Assembly: GCF_039654945.1 (NCBI RefSeq)
Contig: NW_027361917.1
Coordinates: 9,052,001 to 9,116,000, forward strand
Length of the DNA stretch: 64,000 bases
Direction: 5' to 3'
Source: Dendrobates tinctorius
Taxonomy: Eukaryota
Shown here: positions 40,058 through 53,183 of the stretch, in pieces
Numbering within the stretch: position 1 is the first letter of the stretch
How the letters are laid out: every line of letters starts with the position of its first letter
The notes under the pieces: model-generated
Database searches by the model: none
Seen by the model: only the letters and a program-made list of their open reading frames with translations
Told to the model about the DNA's origin: nothing
Program-made: the position numbers and the translations under genes

Positions 40058-40290
40058 GACATCTGTGCCCTCATGGAAGCATTGTGAAGCCGCCAAGTAT
40101 CCAATCCTCTTAAAAGTAAACTTTGAGGTGCTCATCACCTCGATAATATTAAATGCAGCCCAGCTGATGTCATAGCCCAGCATTTGCAAATAGGTTAGCT
40201 TGCAAACGGCATTAGCTTTCACAGCAATGTTGTCTTGCTTAAGTTCTTGTTTGATCTCATCAAAACAGGGGGAGATATATTTTGCCTCAT
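40058..40290 (-). pseudogene. AP3D1: AP3D1 fragment C; continues at 34218-34239 on the other side of the Gypsy insertion
   Basis: EAKYISPCFDEIKQELKQDNIAVKANAVCKLTYLQMLGYDISWAAFNIIEVMSTSKFTFKRIGYLAASQCFHEGTDV, then DVIMLTT at 34239-34219. Confidence 0.93.
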
Positions 40291-41159
40291 TATCATTAAA
40301 TTCAGAGATTGCTAAGAAATTTTTTTTTGCTTTTGTTGCCATTTTCCGAGACCCGTAACATTTTCATGTTTTTTAGGATGTGGGGCTATCTTATTTTTTG
40401 CTGACGTTTATAATTTTACCATTATGGTATAGATACAATGGTTTAATCGCCTCTTATTGCATTTGATTGTAGTTTTTTGGCGGCCAAAAAAAATCTTAAT
40501 TTTGGTGTTTTGACTTCCTTTTCATTACTCATTTTACTCATCGGAATAATATATTTCATATTTTAATAGATCAGACATTTCTGAATACAGCAATACCAAG
40601 ATTTTTTTTAATTGTCAGAGATTGACAGTGAAATTAACACCCGCGGATGTTAATGGCATATGCTGTTAAAGGCATATGAGGGCTGATTAAATCAGCTGTT
40701 AAGTGTCAGAAAAGATATGGACTCAAGATGCAAGCCCGCATCAAACGCAGTGACACGTCATATGATGTAAATTACGTCTTGTGTCATGAAGGGGCTAATT
40801 ATGATAAATAATAACTGTAATAATAATAACATTGCTATTGCTAAAACAGAAATGTCAGGAGATCAGATTGGTATTTTTAAATAATTTTACTTGCTTTTAT
40901 AACACAATCATATTCCGCAGCACATTACAGCCATTATCATCACTATCCCCAATGGGGCTCATAATCCAAATTCCCTATATCAGGAGGAAACCGTAGTACC
41001 TGGAGGAAACCCACGTAAACACACAAAACCCTTGCAGATGTCGTCCATGTTGCAATTTGATCTCAAGCCCTCAGAGGCTGCAATGCAACAGTTCTAACCA
41101 GAGAGCTAATGTGCTGCCCGTAGCTACTGTGGGAATATAAGAATATATATAGAGTTTAA

Positions 41160-41461
41160 AAGAAACCTGTTATGTAAAAAAAAGTTATTAAGCTGCAGAT
41201 ATGGGGTTGATCTACAGGTGAATAGCATTCCGAGAGCCCCTCTGCCAGGAGGAAATGAACTTCAGTCTTCCCGGCAGCCGCAGGCTTTCAGTCATAGAGG
41301 TACGGCCGCTGCAGCATGAGTCATCGCTCAGTACATAGTCAGCGGAGATTGTATCCATGCCCTGGCACTGACTGGCAGTGGGGCTTTCAGTGCAGTTGTT
41401 AAACTGCATATTAACCCCATTTCTGCAGGTTAATAGTGTTTTTTTACATGACAGGTTCCCT
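41160..41461. mobile_element. TTAA-flanked (Kolobok/T2-type) MITE
   Basis: TTAA-AAGAAACCTGTTATGTAAAAAAA ... TTTTTTTACATGACAGGTTCCCT-TTAA. Confidence 0.8.
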
Positions 41462-43286
41462 TTAAGTACTAAGTATTAAAGCAATTATATGTACAATTGA
41501 GGATACAGTAGCTTGAGGTCTGTTTGCAATGCAAAGTACAATATCAGCTTTCATTATGTTACATTTGTAAATTTTAATGTGATGTATTTCTTTTAAATTC
41601 AGTCCATAGTACTCTGGCAGACTCAAAACTATAAACACATAATAGGCGTAAGACTAATATCCCATAGAAAACCAATATAAATGTAACTAATATAATTTCA
41701 GTATTTCCCCCAAAGCATTTACATCGGTGGTTTCTCTGATGTATGAAGTTGCCAAGGTAACCGGAATCCCTGGGATTAATCACAGTGTGATACTATATGT
41801 TCCCATAGATGATAGTCGCCATCTGATCCTTGTAAGGTGCAAGGTTCAAGCTATGATGCATTGGGGTCGTAAACTGCATTGGACTCTGCAGATGTATACA
41901 TCGCTTGTTGTGACAAAGTAATATTTCTCATGCACAAATCTGATCAAATCCGCCATTTTTGGCTTTTTATTAAATAACCTGAATTAAGCAATTCGATTAA
42001 TCACAATAATATGCGAGAGGCGTGTACCTGCTACAAGGGAGTCAGGCAGCATTGGTTGAAAAGGACAACTGCTCCAATCCCTTTATAGCCAGTTGCTCAT
42101 TGGGGTGCAGTAAATTATGTTGCCAAGGACGAGGTGGCAGCATTTACACTGCTGCCACGTAGAGAGATTACCAGCGTGAAATCACTGGGCTCCTGTAGAG
42201 AACAATATAATGTAGTCAAATCAAACCTGTCTGCCTGACACATTTTAAGAAGAAATTCACATTTTCTGATCAAGATGCTGCAAGAACGCATCAATTTTAG
42301 ACCATAATTCAGCTCCATTTGCCGAGTATGAAGTCTGTATGTGGCACTACAGAAATCGAGATTCTATAGATTCAATCATCTATACTTTGAAGATCTTTTT
42401 TTGTGTCGTTCAGGTTAGCGGGATACAGACTGAAAAACCGAACCAAATTGTTGTCAACTTGGTATTACTTTTCCGATAAGGTCCGATGTGATCCAAACCA
42501 AAGCGCACAGGGAAAAAAACAGTGAACCCAATTTTCTATATAAACACATGTATTATAAATATTATGTTTTATTAAATGAAACATATTTTTTTTCTTACCG
42601 CTGATTAAAGCTGTTCAGTGACCTATGATCCGTCAATTTTTTGCTGACGCTGTAGTCAGAGAAGCTTCACTGCTTCCCTTCCTGGACCTTTCACACAGCG
42701 ATGCCACAGTTCAACAGTTCTGCAGGTCTCCAATGTTGACAGCAAAAGCAACTTATGATTTGACTGGCAGAAGGGAGGAAGAACAAAAGTGTAGCAAAGC
42801 ACAACAGTGTATGGGACCAGACATAGACATTCAGAAGTTTGAAATAAATATGAGGATTCTGAAACATTGGGAAGTTTTCAAAACCTATCCCGAATTTTCT
42901 TTTTAATTGTGTTGGGATTAGTGAGTGATAAGTTGATGACACAAAGGCATCAATCTGCATCAGCTATTTTGCTCATTAAGATTTTATAAAGCATGTCAGT
43001 AAAAAGACAAGAATTGGATCAACATTAAAGCCAGAAGGAAAGCCTCCAGTTCAAAATAATTCAAGCATAGGACATCCATAGAGGTTTGATACGTAAATAA
43101 ATTAGTTCATCTCCAAAACAAAGAAAAAGAGGTATGCAAACAACAGGGTTCATCTGATAAATATTTATTAATCAAAAAAGTACATACAAGCAACATAGAC
43201 AACTAAAAACAATTAAAAAGGGCCCATGGCTCATAGCAACAGACTATGTCACCCAAAATAAGACTGTGGTTGTCTCTAGTTAATCA

Positions 43287-43545
43287 ATATGAAACTGAAG
43301 GGGAGAAGATGCAGATTAGATATGAGAAAAAGCTTTTTGGACAGTGATGGTGATCAATGAGTGGAACAGGCTGCCACGAGAGGTGGTGAGTTCTCCTTCA
43401 TTGGAAGTCTTCAAACAGAGGCTGGACAGACATCTGTCTGCGAGGGTTTAGTGAATCCTGCAGTGCTGCATTGAGCAGGGGGTTGGACACGATGACCTTT
43501 GAGGTCTCTTCCAACTCTAACATGAATAATATTCTAACATGACTA
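43287..43545 (+). mobile_element. Short CR1 3' fragment
   Basis: Reverse-complement homolog of 12090-12340. Confidence 0.85.
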
Positions 43546-44324
43546 TTATGCATACAGTATGCTACATGCAAAGTTACATTGCAAAAACATGATACATTAT
43601 CCCTAGACAACAAATGCAGTATGGTGCCAGTACAATAATAGAACTTCAGTATGTAATAAAGTGCTCAGAGTCATATATTTATATATAGATATATATATAT
43701 ATAGATATATATATCTATATATACACAGTATATAGCAAAACAAGTGCTGAATTACTATTTACAGTCCCTAAATCATGGCAAAAAGAGCAAAGTCTGCCAA
43801 ACAAGAATAATACCAAGCAGCCCAAAAGATCCCAGGACCCTTACATGCATCCGATCAAGAAAGGGAGTTTAGGCTCCAGGCCTCTTAAATAGGCAGAGTG
43901 CATTGCTAAAAACATCTCCGGCTAATAGCTGGGATATGTTTGGTATATAAGGCATCCTCCCCTATTGGGAGTTGCCTTAGCAATTTTCGTTCAGTGTGTA
44001 TCCTGCTAGCTAGTTGATAGAGCCCAATTCCTGTGCTGTCTGATCCTGTCTGCCCTGTCTTCACCTGTTCCAGTCCATCTTGCTGACCCCTACCCGAATT
44101 CACCCTGCCTGTGTCTAGTCCTGATCCTGAACCGTCTGACCCACACCTGTGCCGCTAACCTCACCTTCTGAACCTGCACCTGTGAACCTGAATCTGTGAT
44201 CCCGTACCTGTGGCTGTCCTGTGCTCTGATACTAGTCCTGCTTGAACCCAATCCAACAGCAGTCTTCCAGCCGAGCCATCCTGCTAACCAGCTCCTGGCC
44301 AGTCCTACTTCCCAGTTGTAATGG

Positions 44325-44580
44325 CAAAGTGCAAAAATGACCAAAACAACAGCAAAAAATCGATGTGAACAGAGTAATGGTCTGCAGAACCACTCCTTTA
44401 TAGAGATGTCTTGCTAAATGCCTATCATTTCTACCTGTTGTCTGTTTCATTTGCACAACAAGAGAATATGATTAATAATCAGTGTTGCTTCATAACTGGA
44501 CAGGTTGATTTCACAGTAGTGTGATTGACTTGGATTACATTGTGTTTTAGCGTTCCCTTTATTCCTTTATTTTTTGAGCA

Positions 44581-44583
<3 letters not shown>
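44325..44583. mobile_element. Terminal fragment of another Tc1-like element, followed by (TA)n at 44584-44618
   Basis: Ends TTTATTTTTTGAGCAGTG-TA, a Tc1-like terminus next to a TA run. Confidence 0.55.
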
Positions 44584-44622
<39 letters not shown>

Positions 44623-45199
44623 ATTAGAACACTTCTAAACTCAGTCATATACAGTAGATTGACTAAAAATCACTACAAAAGAAACAAGAAACTGCAGAGA
44701 GGGATTTTTTAATATTTAGTGAATCTGATTATTACTCACCTGCTTTGCACTGGCATGGAATACAGTAATTTTCAATGATTGCATGTTATTTGCTAAAGGT
44801 CAGAAAGCAAAAAATTGTCCATTAAGCAATTATGAAAACTGTTTTTGTGTTGCAGTGCCATTTTTTCTTTGGACATCTTTGGAGGTGCATATTTGCTTTG
44901 CTATTTGCGTAAAATGATAAATATTGCTAATGATAACTTAAAGGAGTTGTCCACCAATCTGATAACTAGTTCTATGGATAGGTTGACATAATAGCAGTGG
45001 ACCTCCCCTTTAACAGTTTACCCATGGGCAGTGTTGGATAAATGATTGCAGTTGTGCTGGGCACTACAGCTGCTGTTAGCTGCAGTGCTAGATGCACGAT
45101 ATGAACAGCTCTATGCCTGCGGCCGCAATTAAGGCGACACAGTGTTTGCTGGACCCTTCATTTATCTTATCCTAGGAGATGCCAGGAGTTGAACTCTAA

Positions 45200-45406
45200 G
45201 ACCGGGGTTACACTTGCGAGTGCAATGCGAGAAACTCACGCCAGTCTCTCACCTTAATACCCAGCACTGCCGCTGGCAGTTCGGACCGGAGCGTTCAGCT
45301 GCATAGAAAGAGACATGCAGGTGCACACTCCGGTCCCGAGTGCCGGCGGCAGTGCCAGGTATTCAGGCGAGAGACTCGCATTGCATTTGTAAGTGTGACC
45401 CCGGCC
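45200..45406. mobile_element. Harbinger-type hairpin MITE
   Basis: G(A/G)CCGGGGT(T/C)ACACTT inverted termini and a near-complete palindrome. Confidence 0.75.
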
Positions 45407-45746
45407 TTATGCATAAAATATTAACGGGATTGGCCAATTTTTGTGCTCAGTGCAGCTTCCCTTGCAAAATGACCAGTGCTTCTATCCATAAAATGGTTGC
45501 TGGTAGAGGAGGGAATGACCAAAGCAGGATGTGTCCATCAGCCTTCTCCAATTTTAAAACACCTCACATGGAAAACTCCTCTAGCAACAGCCAGTATATG
45601 GACAGAAGTGCTAGGAAACCTACACTAACAAAAGAAAGTGGCCAACCCCTTTAAAGGCTTATCCTGAGGCCTTTAAATCCTAACACTCTCTGACATATAT
45701 ATCCATTGTGAGTGTTGATCTAATAATGTGCAATGGAGGATATATT

Positions 45747-47070
45747 CAGTATTGTGCAAATGTTTTACGCAGGTCTGGAGAAAATGTTGGAAATATGCTG
45801 GCTTTAAAAAAATAGAAATTGTAATAGTTTATTTTAAACAATTAACAAAATTCAATGTAAATAAATCAAAGAAATATCTAAATCAAATATTTTCTTAGTA
45901 TAATCAACCTTTCCTTTTATAACAGCTCTCCAAACCGACATTTTTCTGTACCCCAATTCCTTTATTGTTGTGTATAGTTGAGTGACTTAGTCTTATTTCT
46001 ATGATGAAGGTATGTCTTTTGGCTGCAATTCTTGATGAAGTTCACTTCTAGCCAGACTCCCCGAACACTAGATAGGTGTAGCTACTGTAGGTCCCACTGC
46101 TGCCATTTCTGACCTGATGGCACTGCTGGACATCTTCTGATTTAGAAGGGAAGTAAAGGGCCTGTCACACTAAGAGATATCGCTAGCAATATCGCTATAA
46201 CTTGTGACATTATAGCGATATTGCTAGCGATATCGCTGTATGTGATACTTACCTACGACCGGCTCCCCCGCTGGTTATTGCCGATCGCGCGAGAACAGGC
46301 TGGACTGTTTCTCGTCGTCAGCTTCCTGCGGCGCTTCCTGCTGTGACGATGAGCGACGCGTGGAGCCGGGCGGGAGGACGCAGGATCGCCTGGTGTGACA
46401 GGTAAGTAGCGACCCCCGACCCCAGCGATGTCGCTAGTGAGATCTGCCTGTGTGGCAGCTCACTAGCGACCACTTAGCGATGTACCAGCGATCCTGACAG
46501 CGTCATCTTCATCTAAGGCATTCATGTTATCCAATTTTTTGTGAGTAATACCGCCAGATACTTATCCAGCATGCAATAATATCAGTGAGATATTTGATTG
46601 GCTCCAACTGTATTGTGCAGCAGGACAATGACTTCCAGTATCCAGCCAATGTAATTAAAAACTATCTTCACCATTAAGAAGAACATGGAGTCCTGTAGTG
46701 ATGACATTACCCGGCAGAGCCCTGATATCAACATAATCAGGCATTACCTGAAGAGACAGAAGAGTTTAGGCAAGCCAGAAAATCTGTGGCTAGTTCTCCA
46801 AGATGTTTGGGACAGCCTCCCTACCGAGTTCTTTCGAATACTGTGTACAAGTGTATCTAGAAGAATTGCTACTTTGTTGATGTTTCGAAGGCAATGGTGC
46901 TGATGCTAAATATTAATTGGATTTTGATTTCTCTTTAGTTCATTCACTTTGTATTTTGTAATTGATAAAAATAAACTATTTACACCACACAATTATCGTT
47001 TCAATTTTTGAAAGCATTCTTACGCTGCAACATTTTTTCCACACCTGCCTAAAACTTTTGCACAGTACTG
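45747..47070. mobile_element. Internally deleted or rearranged Tc1 element, family 3, with a nested MITE fragment (46157-46500)
   Basis: TIR CAGTA(T/C)TGTGCAAA(T/A)GTTTTA(C/G)GCAGGT at both ends. DDE remnants (QQDND, QSPDINII) at 46600-46750. Confidence 0.75.
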
Positions 47071-47627
47071 AATGCCTAGTTGATCGGGCAGATACTGCCT
47101 TTGTACCAGCTTGGTCAGTTATAGAAGTCAGATTCACATACATGGCCAAGCTCCTGCTGTAATTATGAGAATCAGTGAAAATACCAATCCCCACAGTTAA
47201 ATCTCTTATTTCATATTGTCAAAAGTGAAAGCTGCAGGTTTGGCAGCCCTTTAATGCAATGATTTGCTATGGCAGTCAGAGTCATACAATGACCTCTGTA
47301 TATGCCATGTACTGTAGATTAATATATCTAATATTATTACTGTCAGTATAATACTGTCTGGATGTGCTAATAGGTTGCACTACACAAGTATTGCACTGTA
47401 TTACGCAGGCGATGAGTTGTTAAAAAAAAAAGTTTTATGTATTTGAAATAGAAAATGTAGAAAAATCCCAGATTTCCCGATTATAAATGGATTAATCTGG
47501 AAACAATAAGTGCAGTAAAGAAAAGCACATATTTGGTCTTGCTGTTTCTGTAAAGAACAAAAGTTCCAATATTGTGGTTTTTGATTCTCCAACCTTACAA
47601 ACAATGAAAAGAAATGGTCATCAAAAA

Positions 47628-48523
47628 GTCTTCTCTTTATACCCTGCCCCTATTGGACAAACAATCAGCAGATTTGGGTTCCAGTATCATCTCTATGCTG
47701 ATGACACCCAATTATACACTTCTTCCCCTGATATCACCTCTACCCTAATTCAAAATACCAAGGATAGTCTGTCTGCTGTCTCTAGCATCATGTCCTCCCT
47801 CTATCTGAAACTAAATCTCTCCAAAACTGAACTTCTTGTGTTTCTCCCCTCTACTAACCTCACTCTACCTAACATCGAAATAACCCTGGAGGGTTCAACC
47901 ATAACTCCCAAGCAGCATGCCTGCTGTCTTGGGGGCATATTCGACACCGAACTTTCCTTTACTCCCTACATCCGATCACTCACTCGCTCTTGTCACCTGT
48001 AACTTAAAAACATCTCCAGAAACCGACCTTTTCTCACCTTTGAAACCGCTAAGACTCTTACTGTCGCTCTTATTCATTCTCGTCTGGACTACTGCAACTC
48101 TCTTCTGATCGGTCTCCCTCTTACCAAACTTTCTCCTCTCCAATCCATCTTGAATGCGGCAGCCAGGGTCATATTTCTGTCCAGCCGCTTCACCGATGCC
48201 TCCATCTTGTGCCAGTCATTACACTGGCTACCTATTCGCTACAGGGTCCAGTATAAACCCATCTCTCTCACCCACAAAGCTCTCCACAGTTCTGCACCGC
48301 CTTATATCTCCTCTCTCATTTCTGTCTATCGCCCTACACGTGCCCTCCGTTCTTCAAATGACCTAAGACTAACATCCTCTGTAATCCGAACCACGCATCT
48401 CCGTCTCCGAGACTTCTCTCGTGCTGCACCTGCTCTCTGGAATGCACTTCCCCAGACGATCAGACTGATACCTAGTCCCGACCTATTCAAGCGCGCTTTG
48501 AAAACCCATCTCTTCAAACAAGC
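47628..48523 (+). mobile_element. L2 LINE RT/3' fragment
   Basis: [14 protein letters not shown] and [10 protein letters not shown] motifs; homologous to 29110-30000. Confidence 0.9.
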
Positions 48524-48594
48524 TTTATTATCTCCACCTGCTGGACTGGCGCCGGATCCCAACACATGTTTTGGCACGTGGCCTTCATCAGGCG

Positions 48595-50317
48595 GTGTGG
48601 GATAGAATGACGGACAAATGAGGGATATTGTTTTTTTTATTACAGGAGATGAGGGATTCTGTGGAATTAGGCGTTGGGTAAGTGTAACTGTGTTTGTTAT
48701 TTTTAAATAAAAAGTAAAAGTGTGTTTTGTTTTATCTCAAATAAATGACTTTATAGAATCATAGAATCGTAGCGTTGGAAGGGACCTCCTGGTCAAAGCA
48801 GGATTCGCTATATCAACCCAGTCAGATGTCTGTCCAGCCTCTGTTTGAAGACTTCCATTGAAGGAGAACTCACCACTTCTCGTGGCAGCCTGTTCCACTC
48901 ATTGATCACTCTAACTGTCAAAAAGTTTTTTCTAATATCTAATCTGTGTCTCCTCCCATTCAGTTTCATCCCATTGCTTTTAGTCTTTCCTTGTGCAAAT
49001 GAGAATAAAGATGATCCTTCTACAATGTGACAGCCCTTTAGATATTTGTAGACAGCTATTAAGTCTCCTCTCAGCCTTCTCTTTTGCAAACTAAACATTC
49101 CCAAATCCTGCAACCTTTCCTCATAAGACAGGGTTTGCAGACCGGTCACCATTCTGGTCTCTCTTTTCTGAACTTGCTCCAGTTTGTTGATGTCTTTTTT
49201 AAAAAGTGGTGTCCAAAACTGGACACAATATTCCAGATGAGGTCTGACCAAAGAGGAGTAGAGGGAAATAATGACTTCACGTGATCTAGACTGTATTATT
49301 CTGTTAATACATCCTAGAATTGCATTTGCCTTTTTTGCTGCTGCATCACACTGTTGACTCATATTCAGTCTGTGATCTATTAGTATACCCAAGTCTTGTT
49401 CACATGTGCTGTTGCTTAGCCCTATTCCTCCCATTATACTTGCTTTTTCTTTATTTACCATATAACTATAGGATTAGTAATGGATAGGTGTCTTATAAAC
49501 GTTTCTCCATTACTAAGCTGGGTGCTTGATGTCACCGGACAATACAAAGGTGACATCATCCCCATAAATATGAACCCCACTTGCCACCGCTACAGAGCAA
49601 GTGGGAAGAGCCAGGCAGTGTTCCAGAATTGGTGCATCTAATAGATGTACTTTTTCTGGACAGCTGCGGGCTGCTATTTTTACACTGGGGGGGCAATAGC
49701 TATGGTCCCTTACCAGCCTGAAAATGCCAGCCCCTAACTGTCTGCTTTAGCAAGACTGATTGTCAAAATGGGGGGACCCTACGCCTTTTTTTAAAATCAT
49801 TTAAATAATTTAAAAAAAAACGGAATGGGGGCACCTCTATTCTTGATAACAAGCCTTGCTGAAGCTGACAGCCGAGGGTTTCGGCCCCCAGCTGTGACTG
49901 TTGCCTGGCTGGTTATCAAAAATACAGGGAAACCCATGTGGGTTTTTTTTTTTAATTATTTATTTACAGTGCAGGTGCCGGCCGTTGAAAACTCCCATCA
50001 GCCACTCCTGCTCTCACTGTCATCAGTGGCAGCAGCTGTTGGCTGATGAGCACAGTATTCCCATCAGCTAACACCGATGACTATAGGAAAATTTTATACC
50101 TTCGAACACAGCTGCGGGCTCACGCTGTGTGGGAACCGTGGGCTGTCTGACCAGTAGTGATGATTTTACCGCCAACCATAGCAGCGTTTGCCACGCTGTC
50201 ATGCATGTTCAGCGGGCCGAACCTACGTAGTAACACAGACTTCCTGGTGAAGTCCATGTTCAGTGTCCATTTTCAGTACAGACACCAAACCTTACTGTTT
50301 GGGTTCGCCCATCTCTA
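48595..50317. mobile_element. Probable non-autonomous hAT-like element hosting the CR1 insertion
   Basis: Ends GGGTTCGCCCATCTCTA (TAGAGATG-type terminus). The left end could not be identified. Confidence 0.45.
48753..49440 (-). mobile_element. CR1 LINE 3' fragment
   Basis: Highly similar to 12090-12775, with a CATAGAAT tail. Confidence 0.92.
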
Positions 50318-51614
50318 CTTCTGGACTATCCCTACATTTGCTGGTTCTGTCAGCCCCAGTGATTTCCCGTCCAGTTCCACAGTTTACTGGGGATTCATTA
50401 CCTTCTGTTAATGTGGTTCCACATCCATCATCTCCTGTATGCCAGAGGATTAGGCACTGTTCATAGTACTTGTACCGAGACTTAAGCTCCGGATGCTACA
50501 GGAATATCTGCAAGGGATTCCAGTATGGCCTTAAACTGCCCCGAACATTAGATTTGTGGCCACTGCAACTTGAACTTGTCATTAGTTAACAAGCTTCTCT
50601 ATCTGACTGCCTGTCAGAAAGCAGTCTCTTGTTATTAGCACTAACCCGTTCCCACTGTGGGCTAGTCCCAAGCATTAATTGTAATCTTATGCCGATTACA
50701 CTCTGTGTCCTAAACCTTAATCTATATCTGACCCTATGTAGTCTTATGTGATATACACTATGCATATTAATAAATCATAGTCTATATCACTATACACACT
50801 AAATCCACCGGACAAAGTTCAGATATCACATGATACAATATTTGTTAAAACTGCACCACCCTGCTCGCATTATAATACACAGCACAGCGCGATTTGTGCC
50901 CTCAGGGGGAAGAACATGACAGTACAGTCACCACTCTTACATAGACACGATTCTAGCCAGAAGAATCTACATTTATTCAGATTCTGTATTTTACTTCTCA
51001 TAGTAAGTCACCATTGTACACCATAAAATAGTGCTTATTACTGAGCAATTTTGTTTTACATGTACATTTAATCTACCTATTTCTTCTAAGCATTGTAAAA
51101 TGTTTCTGAGATTTCAATTTCTATTACAGACCGAAAAATCCTTCCAGTTTTTTGCAAACACGGTTGATAGCAGACAAACACGGCTGATAGCAGACAGTCG
51201 CCACTTGAACACAAATGAAATCTAGATGACCACCATCTCATACATTACAGTAATTGGTTCCCACTAATCTACTTAATCAAAAATTTCATCACAGGGTGGA
51301 TGCATTATGTGAGGGATAATGACAGAGATAGCAGTCCATTATCAAGAGGAAAGGACTCTTCTCTTCATTATCATTTAAAGGCTGCAATTACGTCTCCTTC
51401 TTGATATGCAGGCAAATGATGGAGCAATTTCTGTAAATAAGTATGGACACCTGTAAGCCCAAAGCACCATAATGTTAATAGGACATATTCTCCTCTGTAC
51501 TTTACTGTTTTAATGAACGTACATTATTATATTCTATGACTTATAAAGAAAAGTTATAATTACATTTCCAAAAACTTAATAAGAAGATATAGTATGTCAC
51601 TTACAATCCGCATA

Positions 51615-52022
51615 CAGTGAAGGAAATAATTATTTGATCCCTTGCTGATTTTGTAAGTTTGCCCACTGACAAAGACATGAACAGTCTACAATTTAAAGGA
51701 TAGGTTAATTTTAACACTGAGAGACAGAATATCAAAAATAAAATCAAGATAATCACATTGTATAAATTATATAAATGCATTTGCATTTTGCAGTGAGAAA
51801 TAAGTATTTGATCCCCTACAACCATGGCTCCTACAGATCAGTTAGACGCTCCTGATCAACTCGTTACCTGAGTTAAAGACAGCTGTCTTACATATAGTCA
51901 CCTTTATAAAAGACTCCTGTCCACAGACTCAATTAATCAGTCAGACTCTAACCTCTACAACATGGGCAAGACCAAAGAGCTTTCTAAGGATGTTGAGGAC
52001 AAGATCATAGACCTGCACAAAG
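51615..52022 (+). mobile_element. Tc1 family 1 5' fragment (TIR plus transposase start)
   Basis: Homologous to 5769-6252, with ATGGGCAAGACCAAAGAG at 51962. Confidence 0.9.
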
Positions 52023-53183
52023 ACCTGTACTCATGAATTGACATGCATTGTACCATGCTGCACACCATGAAGGGGGATTGCTCTTCATGTGCCTGAATTC
52101 TTAACCTCGCTATCATGTCGGTTTTAGATCTTCATCAGCTAAGTAACCTCTTTATACCCTATTTATGCCTGATGAACCTTGAAAGGGGAAACGCATCGAG
52201 TGTCCCTTAGAGCTCTTAGTTCGTTATTTTAGTGTACAGTAGAGCTACATTTGGTATCAAATATTTTGAGCTGATTTGTATGACATTTGGAGTGGTGCAA
52301 CACTCTATGTGGAGCTTTGGTTATTACTGCCAGTCGTTAAGCATTTGAATAATTCCCTTCTGATCAAGTTCATATTTGTTCCCTAATATTCAGCAGTGCG
52401 TGATTTGGTATTTAGTATGTTGAGCTCGTCTGTATGATGTTTTGGATGATGCAATATTACATGCGGAGTTTTGCACATTATTGCTGCATATATTTTTGCT
52501 AGACAATATTTACCTCTTTATCCCTGTATTGCCCATTATGTGCTGTCCCCTATAGACACACACTTATAACATTCAGGGAAAGGAGGGACAGCCGTCTGGA
52601 GCGGGGGTGCCAAAATTCGTTTTTTTATAATCTAGGGTGCCAACCTCTGCTGGCAGGCAGGAGATGGGCGATGACACTAACCTAATTTTTTTTCCTACTG
52701 GCCCCTTACTAATCCATGAATGTTGATCAAATACTTAATCTACTTTGCAGGCAGTAACATTTTTAAATGATATATATTTCCCCCACTATCAACTGTGGAT
52801 TACTGTCCAAAGTTGAGCATTACATTGTTCTCCTTTCTTACTTCTCTCCCAATCCCTGCAGAGTTTAATAGGGATAGAAGGTATAGTCAATGGTGGGCAG
52901 GAGCGCCATTGCACAGGTGTAGGGTGACAACCTCCGCTGGCAGGTATGAACAGTCTAGCTAAGTGATAGGAACAGGCACCTCCTTATATCTTTTTCTTTT
53001 CAAATGGTGGTAGTGGTCTCTTTTATTATCACTGATTGCTGCATTTAAGACGTTAATAAAGATAATTTTCAAGCACAGTATTTTTTACATGGTGAATCAA
53101 TTGTTTTGTTATTTCTGTATAGATAATGTTTATAAAACTGTGATTCCATTTTCATATAACCTCCCCGATGCCCCATAGCGTAA

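Noticed and set aside
40028-40342. 104-aa ORF as a functional AP3D1 gene
   Set aside because: Only about 77 central residues match AP3D1. The N-terminus comes from an adjacent repeat and the C-terminus from the LTR, and there are no splice sites.
43826-44320. LTR-like segment with a TATA box and CCTG-rich tract
   Set aside because: No TG..CA termini or TSD could be identified.
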